From a bacterium (GTDB taxonomy: Bacteria; UBA8248): a stretch of DNA of 64,000 nt. Of the stretch, positions 10,173 to 19,269 are shown in pieces (positions within the stretch are counted from its first letter, which is position 1; each line of letters starts with the position of its first letter). The notes beneath the pieces were generated by a model that was not told the DNA's origin, searched no databases, and saw nothing but the letters and a program-made list of their open reading frames with translations. A program made the translations under genes and the position numbers. The stretch covers positions 4,224,001-4,288,000 of the forward strand of contig OZ241875.1 of the NCBI GenBank assembly GCA_965203325.1. The letters are read 5' to 3'.

Positions 10173-12593
10173 ATGAAGAAGATTGTACGGATTGCGGTGC
10201 TGCTGTCGGCGGCGTTGTGCATGGCGACGGGCGCCGGGGCCGGGCAGGTGAGCCTGGACGGTGCGTTCGACCCGGACCGCGCGACCTACAGCGCGACGGT
10301 GGCCCACGACGTGACCGAGGTCACGGTGAACGCGAGCCCCGAGAACCCGAATGCGCGGGTGACGGTGAACGGCGGCGACCCCGCGACGCCGGTGGCGCTG
10401 GCCGTGGGGAAGAATACCATCGTGGTGGTGGTGACGGCGCCGGACGCGCGCTACACGCGCACCTACACGGTGACGGTGACGCGCGAGGCGGCGCCGGAGC
10501 CGGCGCGGCAGCAGGTGGCGCAGCAGCAGGCGTCGGAGCCGCTGACGGCGGCGTTCGAGGGAGCGCCGGAAGAGCATGACGGCAAGGCGGCGTTGGCGCT
10601 GGAGGTGCGTTTCAGCGAGGCGCTGGGCGAGACCGCGAGCGCTCCGGCCGCGGCCTCTTTCGCCGTGACGGGCGGCAGGGTCAAGCAGGTGCGGAAGGTG
10701 GCGTCCGGCCTGTGGCGGGTGCGCGTCGCGCCGAAGTCGTGGAAGGACGTGACGGTGACGCTGGCGGGCGGGCGCGCCTGCGGCGCGGCGGGCGCGGTGT
10801 GCACGGCCGACGGGAGGGCGCTCACGAACACGTCGAGTATGACCATAGGCGGCCCGGTGCGCATCCGGGTCGCGGACGCGCGGGGGAAGGAAGGCAAGGA
10901 CGCATCGCTGGACTTCGCGGTGACGCTGAGCCGCGCGGCGTCGGGGCCGGTCTCGGTGGACTACGCGACCGAGGACGGCACGGCGGCGGCGGGGGCGGAC
11001 TACACGGCCACGTCGGGCACCCTGACCTTCGCGGTGGGCGAGACGGCGAAGACGGTCTCGGTGCCGCTGCTCGACGACGCCATCGACGAGGGCAAGGAGA
11101 CGTTCAAGCTCAAGCTGTCGAACCCCCGGGGGGCGTATCTGCGGGGGATTCACCGCCAGGCGAAGGGGGTGATCCGCAACGACGACCCGCTGCAAAGGAT
11201 GTGGCTCGCGCGGTTCGGGCGCACGGCGGCGGGCCACGTCGCCGGGGCGATTGACGGACGCCTTTCGGGCGGCGCCGCCGCGGGCGTCGTGCTGGGCGGC
11301 CACAGCCTCTCAGGCAAGGCGGAGCGCGAGGCCATCGAGTCGCGCCTCGCCGAGGCCCTGCTCAAGGAGAGGGAGGCCCGGCTCGGGCGCGGCGAGGAGG
11401 CGCAGGCATCCCCGGTGCGCGAGGTCGCGATGTCCGATCTCCTGCTCGCGAGTTCGTTTCACATGGCCTCGGCGGAGAAGGTGGACGCCGGCTCGCGCTG
11501 GTCGCTGTGGGGCCGGGGCGCGCGCTCCTCGTTCGAGGGCGCCGAGGGCGATCTCTCGCTGGATGGCGACGTGACGACGGCGACCGTGGGCTTCGACTAC
11601 GAGCGCGCGCGCTGGCTGGTGGGCGTGGCGCTCTCGCGAAGCGCGGGCGACGGCTCGTACAAGGCGGGCGGCGCGTGCGATACGGGCTGCGCGGGCGAGG
11701 TGGAGAGCACGCTTACGGGTGTCTACCCCTACGCGCGCTACCGCGTGAGCGGGACGTTCTCGCTCTGGGGCGCTGTGGGCCACGGGCAGGGGGAGATGAC
11801 GCTCACGCCCGGGGGGTCGTCCCCGGTGGAGGCCGACGTGGCGATGGGCATGGCGGCGGCGGGGGCGCGCGGGGTCGTTCTGCCCGCGCGCGCGGCGGGC
11901 GGGTTCGAGCTCGCGCTCCGCGCGGACGTCCTGGTGACGAACACGCGCTCGGACGCCGCGGCGGGCCTTGCGGAGACCGACGCGGAGACGAGCCGCGTGC
12001 GCCTCGTGCTGGAGGGTTCGCGCTCGCTCAGGTTCGGCGATGCGGTGCTGACGCCCTCGCTGGAGATAGGGTTCCGGAACGATTCGGGCGACGCGGAGAC
12101 GGGCGGCGGGGTGGAGGCCGGCGGTTCGGTCCGCTGGACCTCGGGGGCCCTGACGACGGAGGTGCGCGCGCGCGGCCTGCTCTCCCACGGCGAGAGCGGT
12201 TATGAGGAATGGGGCGTGAGCGCCTCGGTGGCGTACGCTCCGGGCTCCGGGGGACGGGGCCTCACGCTTCGGGCGGGCTCCTCGTGGGGCGCCTCCGCCG
12301 GCGGTGCGGAGCGGCTCTGGTCGCAGGCGGCGGGCCTGGCGCCTGCCGGTGCGTTCGAGCCGGGCGGTGCGGGCTTCGAGGCCGAGGCGGCCTGGGGCCT
12401 GGACGCCCCCCGGGGGCTGCTGACGCCCTATACGGGCGTGGCGGTCTCGGGGAACGCGGAGACCTGGCGCGCGGGCGCGCGCTGGAAGCCCGGGGCGGCC
12501 ACGGAGGTGAGCCTCGAGGCGAGCCTCACCGAACAGGCCGGCGGCGGGAGACCCGAAGGCGGCCTCCTGCTCAGAGGCTCGAAGCGGTGGTAG
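10173..12593 (+). CDS. Autotransporter-type outer-membrane protein (signal peptide, truncated cadherin-like domain, Calx-beta, C-terminal beta-barrel)
   Basis: Own signal peptide; Calx-beta VSVDYATEDGTAAAGADY...DDAIDEGKETF; linker WLARFGRTAAGHV; amphipathic barrel strands ending in W. Confidence 0.85.
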   Translation: MKKIVRIAVLLSAALCMATGAGAGQVSLDGAFDPDRATYSATVAHDVTEVTVNASPENPNARVTVNGGDPATPVALAVGKNTIVVVVTAPDARYTRTYTVTVTREAAPEPARQQVAQQQASEPLTAAFEGAPEEHDGKAALALEVRFSEALGETASAPAAASFAVTGGRVKQVRKVASGLWRVRVAPKSWKDVTVTLAGGRACGAAGAVCTADGRALTNTSSMTIGGPVRIRVADARGKEGKDASLDFAVTLSRAASGPVSVDYATEDGTAAAGADYTATSGTLTFAVGETAKTVSVPLLDDAIDEGKETFKLKLSNPRGAYLRGIHRQAKGVIRNDDPLQRMWLARFGRTAAGHVAGAIDGRLSGGAAAGVVLGGHSLSGKAEREAIESRLAEALLKEREARLGRGEEAQASPVREVAMSDLLLASSFHMASAEKVDAGSRWSLWGRGARSSFEGAEGDLSLDGDVTTATVGFDYERARWLVGVALSRSAGDGSYKAGGACDTGCAGEVESTLTGVYPYARYRVSGTFSLWGAVGHGQGEMTLTPGGSSPVEADVAMGMAAAGARGVVLPARAAGGFELALRADVLVTNTRSDAAAGLAETDAETSRVRLVLEGSRSLRFGDAVLTPSLEIGFRNDSGDAETGGGVEAGGSVRWTSGALTTEVRARGLLSHGESGYEEWGVSASVAYAPGSGGRGLTLRAGSSWGASAGGAERLWSQAAGLAPAGAFEPGGAGFEAEAAWGLDAPRGLLTPYTGVAVSGNAETWRAGARWKPGAATEVSLEASLTEQAGGGRPEGGLLLRGSKRW

Positions 12594-13234
12594 GGGCGGA
12601 CCCGGGGGGTAGCGCAGGCCGTTCCTCCCGGCCCGCTTCATCGCGGTCCCCCTCCCGGCGGGAGGGGGCGCGCATCCCGCTCTCCCGCGTGGTTTCAGGC
12701 GGCGGGGTTTCCGGCGGTAGTAAAATCTCCTGATCCCGTTGATATCATCGAGAAGCATTCATTTCCCCGGGTCTCGTCCGGAATCCACCTTCCGCAGCAA
12801 GTAATCAAAACGCTAACGAGGGGAATCAAGCCTCTGCGCATCCCGGGGCATGCCTGCCGGATCATTGCGCCATTCCCCTCTTCGGGCCGGCCCGGACAGC
12901 CTGATCGCGGCAATACTCCGGCGCTCCGCCCGGGGCGTGATCGAGCCACTTCCGGCGTTCTTGTCCATGCGCGTCTCCCCTTTCGTCCCTTTCGCTCATC
13001 CCGGGTGCATACGGTAGTCCGCACCGCACGGAAATAAACTGAAAAACCGCCCGCTTGCAAGGGGTTTCGATATCCGCATTCCAGCGCCCGGGGGCCGGGG
13101 CGTTCATCGTGCGCCTCCCCCGGGCCCCGCACCGGCGAGAGGCCGAGCCGGGCCGTGATGGGGCGCGGGAGCCGGGCCGGAGAGGCCGGGCGGCGCCCGC
13201 GATCCCCTTTCTCACAATCCCGGAGGCGCGACCC

Positions 13235-13576
13235 ATGAGTAACCAAAATCCATCCCGCACCGCGAGGCTGCTCGTCCTGGCGGGACTTGGCCTGGCCCTC
13301 CTCGCCACGATTCTCCTTCTCGCGGCAGGCAGCGGCCTCCGCCACCTGGGGGCCGTCTGGGCCTGTTCGGCCCTCTGGTGCCTCCTCACAGCCCTCTCGT
13401 GCGTCCTGTGGCGGGGGTTCCGCCACGGGGACTGGTCCGCCTTCGCTCGCTACGAACTGCCCGACGGGAAAGAAGAGGATTTCGAGTGGTCCGCCCGCAC
13501 CGGACGCTACGCCTGGCGCCGCGACGTCGAGGAGGAGGAACTGTTCGGCCAGGACCCGGACGCACCCTTCCCGTAG
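13235..13576 (+). CDS. Small membrane protein
   Basis: GGAGG RBS; two hydrophobic helices and an acidic tail. Confidence 0.55.
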   Translation: MSNQNPSRTARLLVLAGLGLALLATILLLAAGSGLRHLGAVWACSALWCLLTALSCVLWRGFRHGDWSAFARYELPDGKEEDFEWSARTGRYAWRRDVEEEELFGQDPDAPFP

Positions 13577-13763
13577 AAGGCCCAAGCCGAACGAAGACTC
13601 TCCTGAACGAACGGACCGCCTTCTTTCCCGCCGGCGGTGGCTCTGCGCCACCGGGAGGCGGAGTCCGACCGGGAGGGGGCGGCGGAGGGGAGCCGGGAGG
13701 GAGTCTTCTCGCGTTCGAGGCTCGCCTCCGCCGCCATCATCCACCCACCCAAGGAGGCGCGCG

Positions 13764-14060
13764 ATGCGAAAACCCGGACCCGAAGCGAGTACTTTCCTCA
13801 CCCACCTGTTCGGCCGAGGCCTTGAGGACGAACGCTACGAAGTGAAACGCTACAAGTCCGCCGATGGCGACATCAGGCCCGTGCCCGACAGGGAGAGCGG
13901 GAGGCGCAAGAAGAAGAGAGCGACGGCCTCGCGGAAAGCCGTACGCGAGATGCGGCCCGCGCGGGACGAACTCATCGTCTGCACGGGGATCAGGATCCCC
14001 GGCAGCGGGCTGCAACTGTGGGGCGAGCACCTCGTGTGGGCCCGGATGCTGTGCCGGTGA
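13764..14060 (+). CDS. Hypothetical protein (paralogous remnant at 38161-38226)
   Basis: AAGGAGG RBS; SRKAVREMRPARDELIVCTGIR segment conserved in a second copy. Confidence 0.55.
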   Translation: MRKPGPEASTFLTHLFGRGLEDERYEVKRYKSADGDIRPVPDRESGRRKKKRATASRKAVREMRPARDELIVCTGIRIPGSGLQLWGEHLVWARMLCR

Positions 14061-14153
14061 GGAACTCCCCCCCGGGAGGACTTCCGCCCGCAAGCCGTCT
14101 CGCCGGCCCGGCGCCGGCCGCACGATTCCATCCACCCCAGGGAGGGAGGCGGG

Positions 14154-14960
14154 ATGCCCTACAAGGACCTGGAAAAGGCCCGAGCTTACGAGCGCGAGCG
14201 CCACCGCAAACGCACCGCCGACCGACTCGCGCGCGGCCTGTGCCCCCGGTGCGGAAAGATTCCTCCCGCGCCCGGGCGCAGTCTGTGCGAGCCCTGCGGA
14301 GAGAGGGATCGGGAGACCCGACGCGCCCGATACGCCGAAGCCCGAGCGGGGGGAGCCCCATATGGCGGCCGCTGCCCCGAGAGCCGCCGCCGCATGGCGC
14401 GCGAGAGGGCGAGGAAGCGCAGGCGCGAGCGGGTGGAGACCGGCTTGTGCCCGCGCTGCGGACGCGAGCCCGTCGAGGCCGGCGCCGTCTGCGAACCCTG
14501 CCGGGAGACGAGGCGCGCTGAAGAGCGGAAGCTCTACGCCGCCAAGAGAGCGAAAGGGCTTTGCGGACGGTGTGGTGCGGAAGTCGTCGATGAGGCTTCG
14601 ACGTGCGCTTCGTGCGCCGCAAAACAAGAAAAACGCCGGCCGCGCAAGAACACCGCGAGCCGGGCGCGCTATCGCGACAGGCGGGCACGGTCGGTTTGTG
14701 TCGACTGCGGCGCCCATGCGGACGCAGGGGTGAGATGTACTCCCTGCGCGCGCCGATCGTACCACTCCTCGGGAGAGCACAAGGGGATGCCCGTCTATCC
14801 GCCGCGCTTCACCGTGGTCGAACTAGCCACGGGCGAGGAGCACGGACCCTGGGACTCCTGGGAGGAGGTGGCCATGTGCCTCGCCTTCGAGAAGCTCTCC
14901 CGCGAGGAAGTGGAAGTCATCGAAGACGCACCGCTCATTGCGTCCATGACCGGTTGGTAG
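14154..14960 (+). CDS. Arg-rich protein with four tandem CxxC...CxxC zinc-finger-like repeats
   Basis: GLCPRCG..CEPC twice, GLCGRCG..CASC, VCVDCG..CTPC; GGAGG RBS. Confidence 0.75.
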   Translation: MPYKDLEKARAYERERHRKRTADRLARGLCPRCGKIPPAPGRSLCEPCGERDRETRRARYAEARAGGAPYGGRCPESRRRMARERARKRRRERVETGLCPRCGREPVEAGAVCEPCRETRRAEERKLYAAKRAKGLCGRCGAEVVDEASTCASCAAKQEKRRPRKNTASRARYRDRRARSVCVDCGAHADAGVRCTPCARRSYHSSGEHKGMPVYPPRFTVVELATGEEHGPWDSWEEVAMCLAFEKLSREEVEVIEDAPLIASMTGW

Positions 14961-14981
14961 TCGCCGTCCTCGCCACGCCCT

Positions 14982-15833
14982 TCATCCCGTGTCGACCTCG
15001 ATCAGCAGCCGGCAATGGTCGCTGGCGCCCCACTCATCCACGTCGTTGAGCGCGCGGACCCGCACCCTCTCGTGAAAACCCCGCGAGGCGAAGGCGTAGT
15101 CGAGCTGGCGGTCGGCTTCCGCCGGCGACCTGCCCGGGGGATAGTGCGTCGGGACGTTCCGCGTATCGGCCGGCACGTCGGGCGGGGGCGACGCCGCCTG
15201 CCTGCCGCCGGGCGCCTGCGGACCCAGGAACTCAAGTCCCAGCGCATCCATCCGCGCCCATACCGTGCGCTCGCGCACGGGCAGCGACAGGCTGTGGCCC
15301 GTCGCGCCGTAGAACATGTTCAGGTCGCCCGCGGCCAGGATGCGGTGCATGGATGGGTCGGTGTGGCCGATGAAGGCCGAGAGGTCCGAGATGATCCGGT
15401 GCGCCGAAACGTCGGAAGCGCCGACCCTGAACGGACTTCCTGTAGTAGGATGGGGCTTCATCCAGCGCGCGTACATCGAGACCGCCACGAACGCCTCCTC
15501 TTCGTCCTCACGCGGGACCACCCGCGCGGCGGCGATGGTGCCGATGCCGCTCACGCCGACGTCGCCCCCGCCGAGGTGGCTGATCGGGGGGACCTCGCGA
15601 AAGCGCTCGACCCGGACCCGGCCGGACAACCCGGCGATCAGACACCATCGGTCATAGAGGTGACGGCTCCAGAAAACGTCGTCCTCGCGGGGGAGCAGGT
15701 GCGCCAGGTCGCCAGGCGGGCTCCCGGCTTCCTGGAGCAGCGCGACGTCCGCCTCGTCCCGCCTCGCCATCCTCGCCAGTTCGCGCCACGGCTCCTGGCG
15801 CCTGGCGATATTCCAGCTCACGACCCTGATCAT
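14982..15833 (-). CDS. Endonuclease/exonuclease/phosphatase (EEP) family protein
   Basis: Motifs VVSWN, DVALLQE, AGDLN, LDYAF, SDH. Confidence 0.85.
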   Translation of the reverse strand: MIRVVSWNIARRQEPWRELARMARRDEADVALLQEAGSPPGDLAHLLPREDDVFWSRHLYDRWCLIAGLSGRVRVERFREVPPISHLGGGDVGVSGIGTIAAARVVPREDEEEAFVAVSMYARWMKPHPTTGSPFRVGASDVSAHRIISDLSAFIGHTDPSMHRILAAGDLNMFYGATGHSLSLPVRERTVWARMDALGLEFLGPQAPGGRQAASPPPDVPADTRNVPTHYPPGRSPAEADRQLDYAFASRGFHERVRVRALNDVDEWGASDHCRLLIEVDTG

Positions 15834-15945
15834 CCCGGAAACCTCCTCTCCACGCCCGCCGGGGTACGTACGGCCGGCCCGCCGCCGGGGGGCAGACCCG
15901 GCCGGGGGGAGGGTTTACGCCGCCCTGCTGCGCAGCCGGCCGGTT

Positions 15946-16308
15946 TCAGTCCGACACGGGGAGCCACCACCACAACAGCCAGGCCGGGAGACTGAGAACG
16001 ACCGCCCAGGCGGCTATCGCGAGCGGGCCGGGGAGTCCCGCCACCAGGGGCGCCGTTACCGCTCCGAGCCCCGCCCACGTCGCCCAGGCGGCGCGGCGCC
16101 AACCCAGCCGCCATATCTGCCGGCAAGCCAGGGCGAGGGGCAACCCGCACGGCGCAAGCGTTGCCGCCGAGGAGGGCAGCATCGGCGTCCAGCCCTCGGG
16201 ATCCGCCCAGAAGCGCACGGCGGCGGTCACGACTGCCCCGACAGGCAGCCACAAGAGCGCGAGCGGCCAGAAGCCGCGCCGTCTGTGCTGCTCCCCTTCG
16301 ATGAGCAT
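15946..16308 (-). CDS. Small membrane protein
   Basis: Hydrophobic Trp/Leu-rich ORF with several TM-like segments. Confidence 0.5.
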   Translation of the reverse strand: MLIEGEQHRRRGFWPLALLWLPVGAVVTAAVRFWADPEGWTPMLPSSAATLAPCGLPLALACRQIWRLGWRRAAWATWAGLGAVTAPLVAGLPGPLAIAAWAVVLSLPAWLLWWWLPVSD

Positions 16309-16493
16309 GTCCCATCTGACCCGAATCCCGAGGCGGGCGCAAGTCCGGCATGGCCGGCGGGCGGTCCCCATCGGCTATGAACCTCCCTGGGAGAGGTGGA
16401 GCGAAGCTCGGGGCCGGGCAAAGGCCCGGCAGGGGAGAGGGAGACGGTATCCAGCTCCCGCCGCCGGGGACAACCCTGACAGGAGGCTTGGCC

Positions 16494-16625
16494 ATGTACG
16501 AGAACGACTTCGACATCGACGTTCCCACCACGGACGAACTGCTCGCAGAACTCGGACTCGACGCGTACACGATCCGCAAGATTCGCGACGAGGCGGGGGG
16601 CGAGGAAGAGTTTTGTAGCGTGTAG
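16494..16625 (+). CDS. 43-aa acidic microprotein
   Basis: AGGAGG RBS; MYENDFDIDVPTTDELLAELGLDAYTIRKIRDEAGGEEEFCSV. Confidence 0.5.
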   Translation: MYENDFDIDVPTTDELLAELGLDAYTIRKIRDEAGGEEEFCSV

Positions 16626-16703
16626 GGCAAACCGGGGGGGTGGAGAGAAAGGCTCTCTCCCTCCCAACACTTTTTCTCACTCACACCACGAAGGAGAATC
16701 ATC

Positions 16704-17144
16704 ATGGCATTCGGACTCAACCGCGCGGAACTGATCGGGCGTCTCGGCGCCGACGTCACCGTCAACCATCTCACGAGCGGCGGCCGCGTCGCCAACCTGT
16801 CCATCGCAACTGATGAGGGCTACGTCGACAAGCAGAGCGGCGAGCGGGTGGACAAGACCGAGTGGCACCGGGTCGTGACCTTCCAGCCCGGCCTGGTGGA
16901 CATGTTCGAAAAGCACGCGAAGAAGGGCCGCCTGGTCTACGTGGCGGGCAAGCTGCAGACCCGCCGCTGGAAGAAGGACGGGGAAGACTCCGATCGCTTC
17001 TCCACCGAGATCCTGATCGCCCCGGGCGGACGCGTGCAGTTCCTCGACAAGGTGAACGGGAACGGCAATGGCAACGGAAACGGCGCGCACGCCGAGACGA
17101 CGGCGGTGGCGGCTGGCGTTGTGGGGGAAGACATCCCGTTTTGA
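16704..17144 (+). CDS. ssb: Single-stranded DNA-binding protein
   Basis: LNRAELIGRLGAD, TEWHRVV, GKLQTRRW, C-terminal EDIPF. Confidence 0.95.
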   Translation: MAFGLNRAELIGRLGADVTVNHLTSGGRVANLSIATDEGYVDKQSGERVDKTEWHRVVTFQPGLVDMFEKHAKKGRLVYVAGKLQTRRWKKDGEDSDRFSTEILIAPGGRVQFLDKVNGNGNGNGNGAHAETTAVAAGVVGEDIPF

Positions 17145-17151
17145 GCGCTTC

Positions 17152-17185
17152 AAGGGCCGGCGCCTCGCGCGTCGGCCCTTTTTTT
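17152..17185 (+). terminator. Rho-independent terminator after ssb
   Basis: AAGGGCCGGCGC...GCGTCGGCCCTT stem followed by a T-run. Confidence 0.8.
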
Positions 17186-17480
17186 CTGCTCCTTATCCAG
17201 AGGAAGTCCGCCCTGCCGGCTCTCACATCTACCGGGAACACCCGGTAAATCTCCGGTTCCGTGAACGATGAACCATGTTCACGGAAGTCGGCATGCGCCT
17301 GCAATCATCCCGTATTCAAGACAGTGGCTCGGTCCACCCCCCGCTGCGGGAATTTCGGGCCGGAAAAACGGCCCGAAATGACCCTTTCCGCAGCATGAGA
17401 GATTGTTTCCCGATGAGCTTCGCCTTCATCGTGAAACACCCAGAAACTCTTGTGTCCCGGTGGCGGTACTACCCTCTCTC

Positions 17481-17671
17481 TCTTAGCGCTCCCATTTTAG
17501 CACGCACGGCGCGGGGTCAAGGGTGCTTTTGCAAAAGACGCAAAAGCATCTTTTTTCAGAAAAAATCGGTGAAGCGTGGATTTTTTCCGCTACGCGCCCT
17601 CCGGGTGAAAAAAGACTGAAAACCGCCCCTGACGCCCACGCCTACCACGTGCTGAAAATGGGGCGCTAAGA
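17481..17671. promoter_or_regulatory. Long imperfect hairpin, Frpo/ssi-like single-strand promoter candidate
   Basis: TCTTAGCGCTCCCATTTTAGCACG pairs with CGTGCTGAAAATGGGGCGCTAAGA; inner GGTCAAGGG/CCCCTGAC and TCTTTTTT/AAAAAAGA arms. Confidence 0.6.
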
Positions 17672-17706
17672 AGCGCATCCGTTAACTCTCTGGAAAGGAG
17701 AAAGGC

Positions 17707-18081
17707 ATGGAAACCACCGTGGTGAACCTGAACGACTATGTTGCTCCCCCGTTCGGCGGCGGCTTGCTGGTCAGAATCGACCGCAGGACGAAGTGGGGAA
17801 ACCCCTTCCGAATCGGCCAGGACGGCGAGCGCGACGAGGTCATCGAGAAATACCGGCGATGGCTGTGGGAAAGAATCCGGCGCGAGGAGCAGGACCTCTA
17901 CGAACTCGCCGACCTTCAAGGCTGCGAGCTCGGCTGCCACTGCCATCCCCTTCCGTGTCACGGCGATGTACTCGCACGCGCCGCCGAGTGGGCCGCCGGG
18001 TATCTCGACGAGATGCCGAAAGAAGTGGGGCGCAACGAGCGTGGCTACGCTCTTCCCGAATTCAACCATCCCCTCGCTTGA
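17707..18081 (+). CDS. DUF4326 domain protein
   Basis: IDRRTKWGNPF, YRRWL, LGCHCHPLPCHGDVL. Confidence 0.85.
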   Translation: METTVVNLNDYVAPPFGGGLLVRIDRRTKWGNPFRIGQDGERDEVIEKYRRWLWERIRREEQDLYELADLQGCELGCHCHPLPCHGDVLARAAEWAAGYLDEMPKEVGRNERGYALPEFNHPLA

Positions 18082-18102
18082 GGACAACCAAAGGAGTGAA
18101 CG

Positions 18103-19062
18103 ATGACTGCCACAGCGACACACGACCACAAGGAGAGCATCATGCACGAGGTCGACAACATCGAAGCGCAGAACGAATCCTTCACCGCCATGGTCTGCGA
18201 ACAGGCCCAGCTGTTCGGCGCGACCCCCGGACCGGACGAGTTCGACAACCGGCCCGTCTGGGGCGAGGCGGAATCCACCGCCGCCGTCCTCAAGGCCTTC
18301 GTCGCACTCGCGGAAGCCGCACCCGACGGAACGCAGCTGGCCGACGAGCGAAGAAACCTCCTGTGGGGCTTAGTCAACACCCTCGACGCCCAGACACAGC
18401 GGCTCGACCGCGCCGCCGACAAGCTCATCCCCGGCATCCGTGAAATGCAGCGCGAGCAGGACGGCTCCGAGATCAGGTCCCGCGAACTCGAACTCGCGAC
18501 CGACCGGGCCGAGAACCTCACCGCCCGCCGCGACGCCTTCGAAGGGCTGCGCGACACGGCCGCCGAGGCCTACCGCGTCGAGACCGGCGAGGTATGGCGG
18601 CCCCGGCGAGGATCGCACGTCTCTCAGACCGGCAAGCTCACGTCGGCGGTGATCGAGGCGCGCGACTTCCAGCGGGCGAGAAAGGACCGCGAGAGCGCCG
18701 CCCACCTCCCCCAGGGAACCCTCGTCGCCGTCGCGGGCGGCAAGGAGGCCACCGACGCGGGTAAAATCATCGGCCAGCTCGACAAGCTGAAAGCCAAGTA
18801 CGCCGACGTCGTCCTCGTCCACGGCGGCGGCCCCGGTGCGGAGAAGGTCGCGGCGGGATGGGCCGAGCGCAACGGCGTCCACCAGATCGTCTGCAAGCCC
18901 GACTGGGACGCCCACGGCAGGGCCGCTCCCTTCCGCCGCAACGACGAACTGCTCTCCCTCCTGCCCAAGGGCGTGATCGCGTTCCCGGGTTCGGGCATCA
19001 CCGACAACCTCGTCGACAAGGCGCGAAGCCTCGGCATCCCCGTACAACGCGTCGCCGCATAG
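18103..19062 (+). CDS. DUF2493 (SLOG/YspA-like) domain protein
   Basis: VLVHGGGPGAE...PDWDAHGRAAPFRRNDELL...AFPGSGIT. Confidence 0.85.
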   Translation: MTATATHDHKESIMHEVDNIEAQNESFTAMVCEQAQLFGATPGPDEFDNRPVWGEAESTAAVLKAFVALAEAAPDGTQLADERRNLLWGLVNTLDAQTQRLDRAADKLIPGIREMQREQDGSEIRSRELELATDRAENLTARRDAFEGLRDTAAEAYRVETGEVWRPRRGSHVSQTGKLTSAVIEARDFQRARKDRESAAHLPQGTLVAVAGGKEATDAGKIIGQLDKLKAKYADVVLVHGGGPGAEKVAAGWAERNGVHQIVCKPDWDAHGRAAPFRRNDELLSLLPKGVIAFPGSGITDNLVDKARSLGIPVQRVAA

Positions 19063-19269
19063 GACGTTCGACACGGCGGGTCGCATCGCCACACAGGCGG
19101 TGCGGCCCGTCGCCTCTCTCCTCGATCACTCCACCGCTCCTCTCCTGGTTACTCCGCTCGCCTCCAACCGCTCAGTCGCCGCGGCGGCTCCCGCCCGCCA
19201 TTCTCTCCGGCAAAAATTCCCCCGTCGTTCGTTCCCACGAATTTGGCAATCTGACGCCCTTCGGCGCTT

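Noticed and set aside
7039..12758. Long antisense and alternate-frame ORFs over the adhesin genes (also over the relaxase, integrases and relA/spoT)
   Set aside because: Arg/Ala/Pro-rich shadow ORFs typical of high-GC DNA, overlapping well-supported genes
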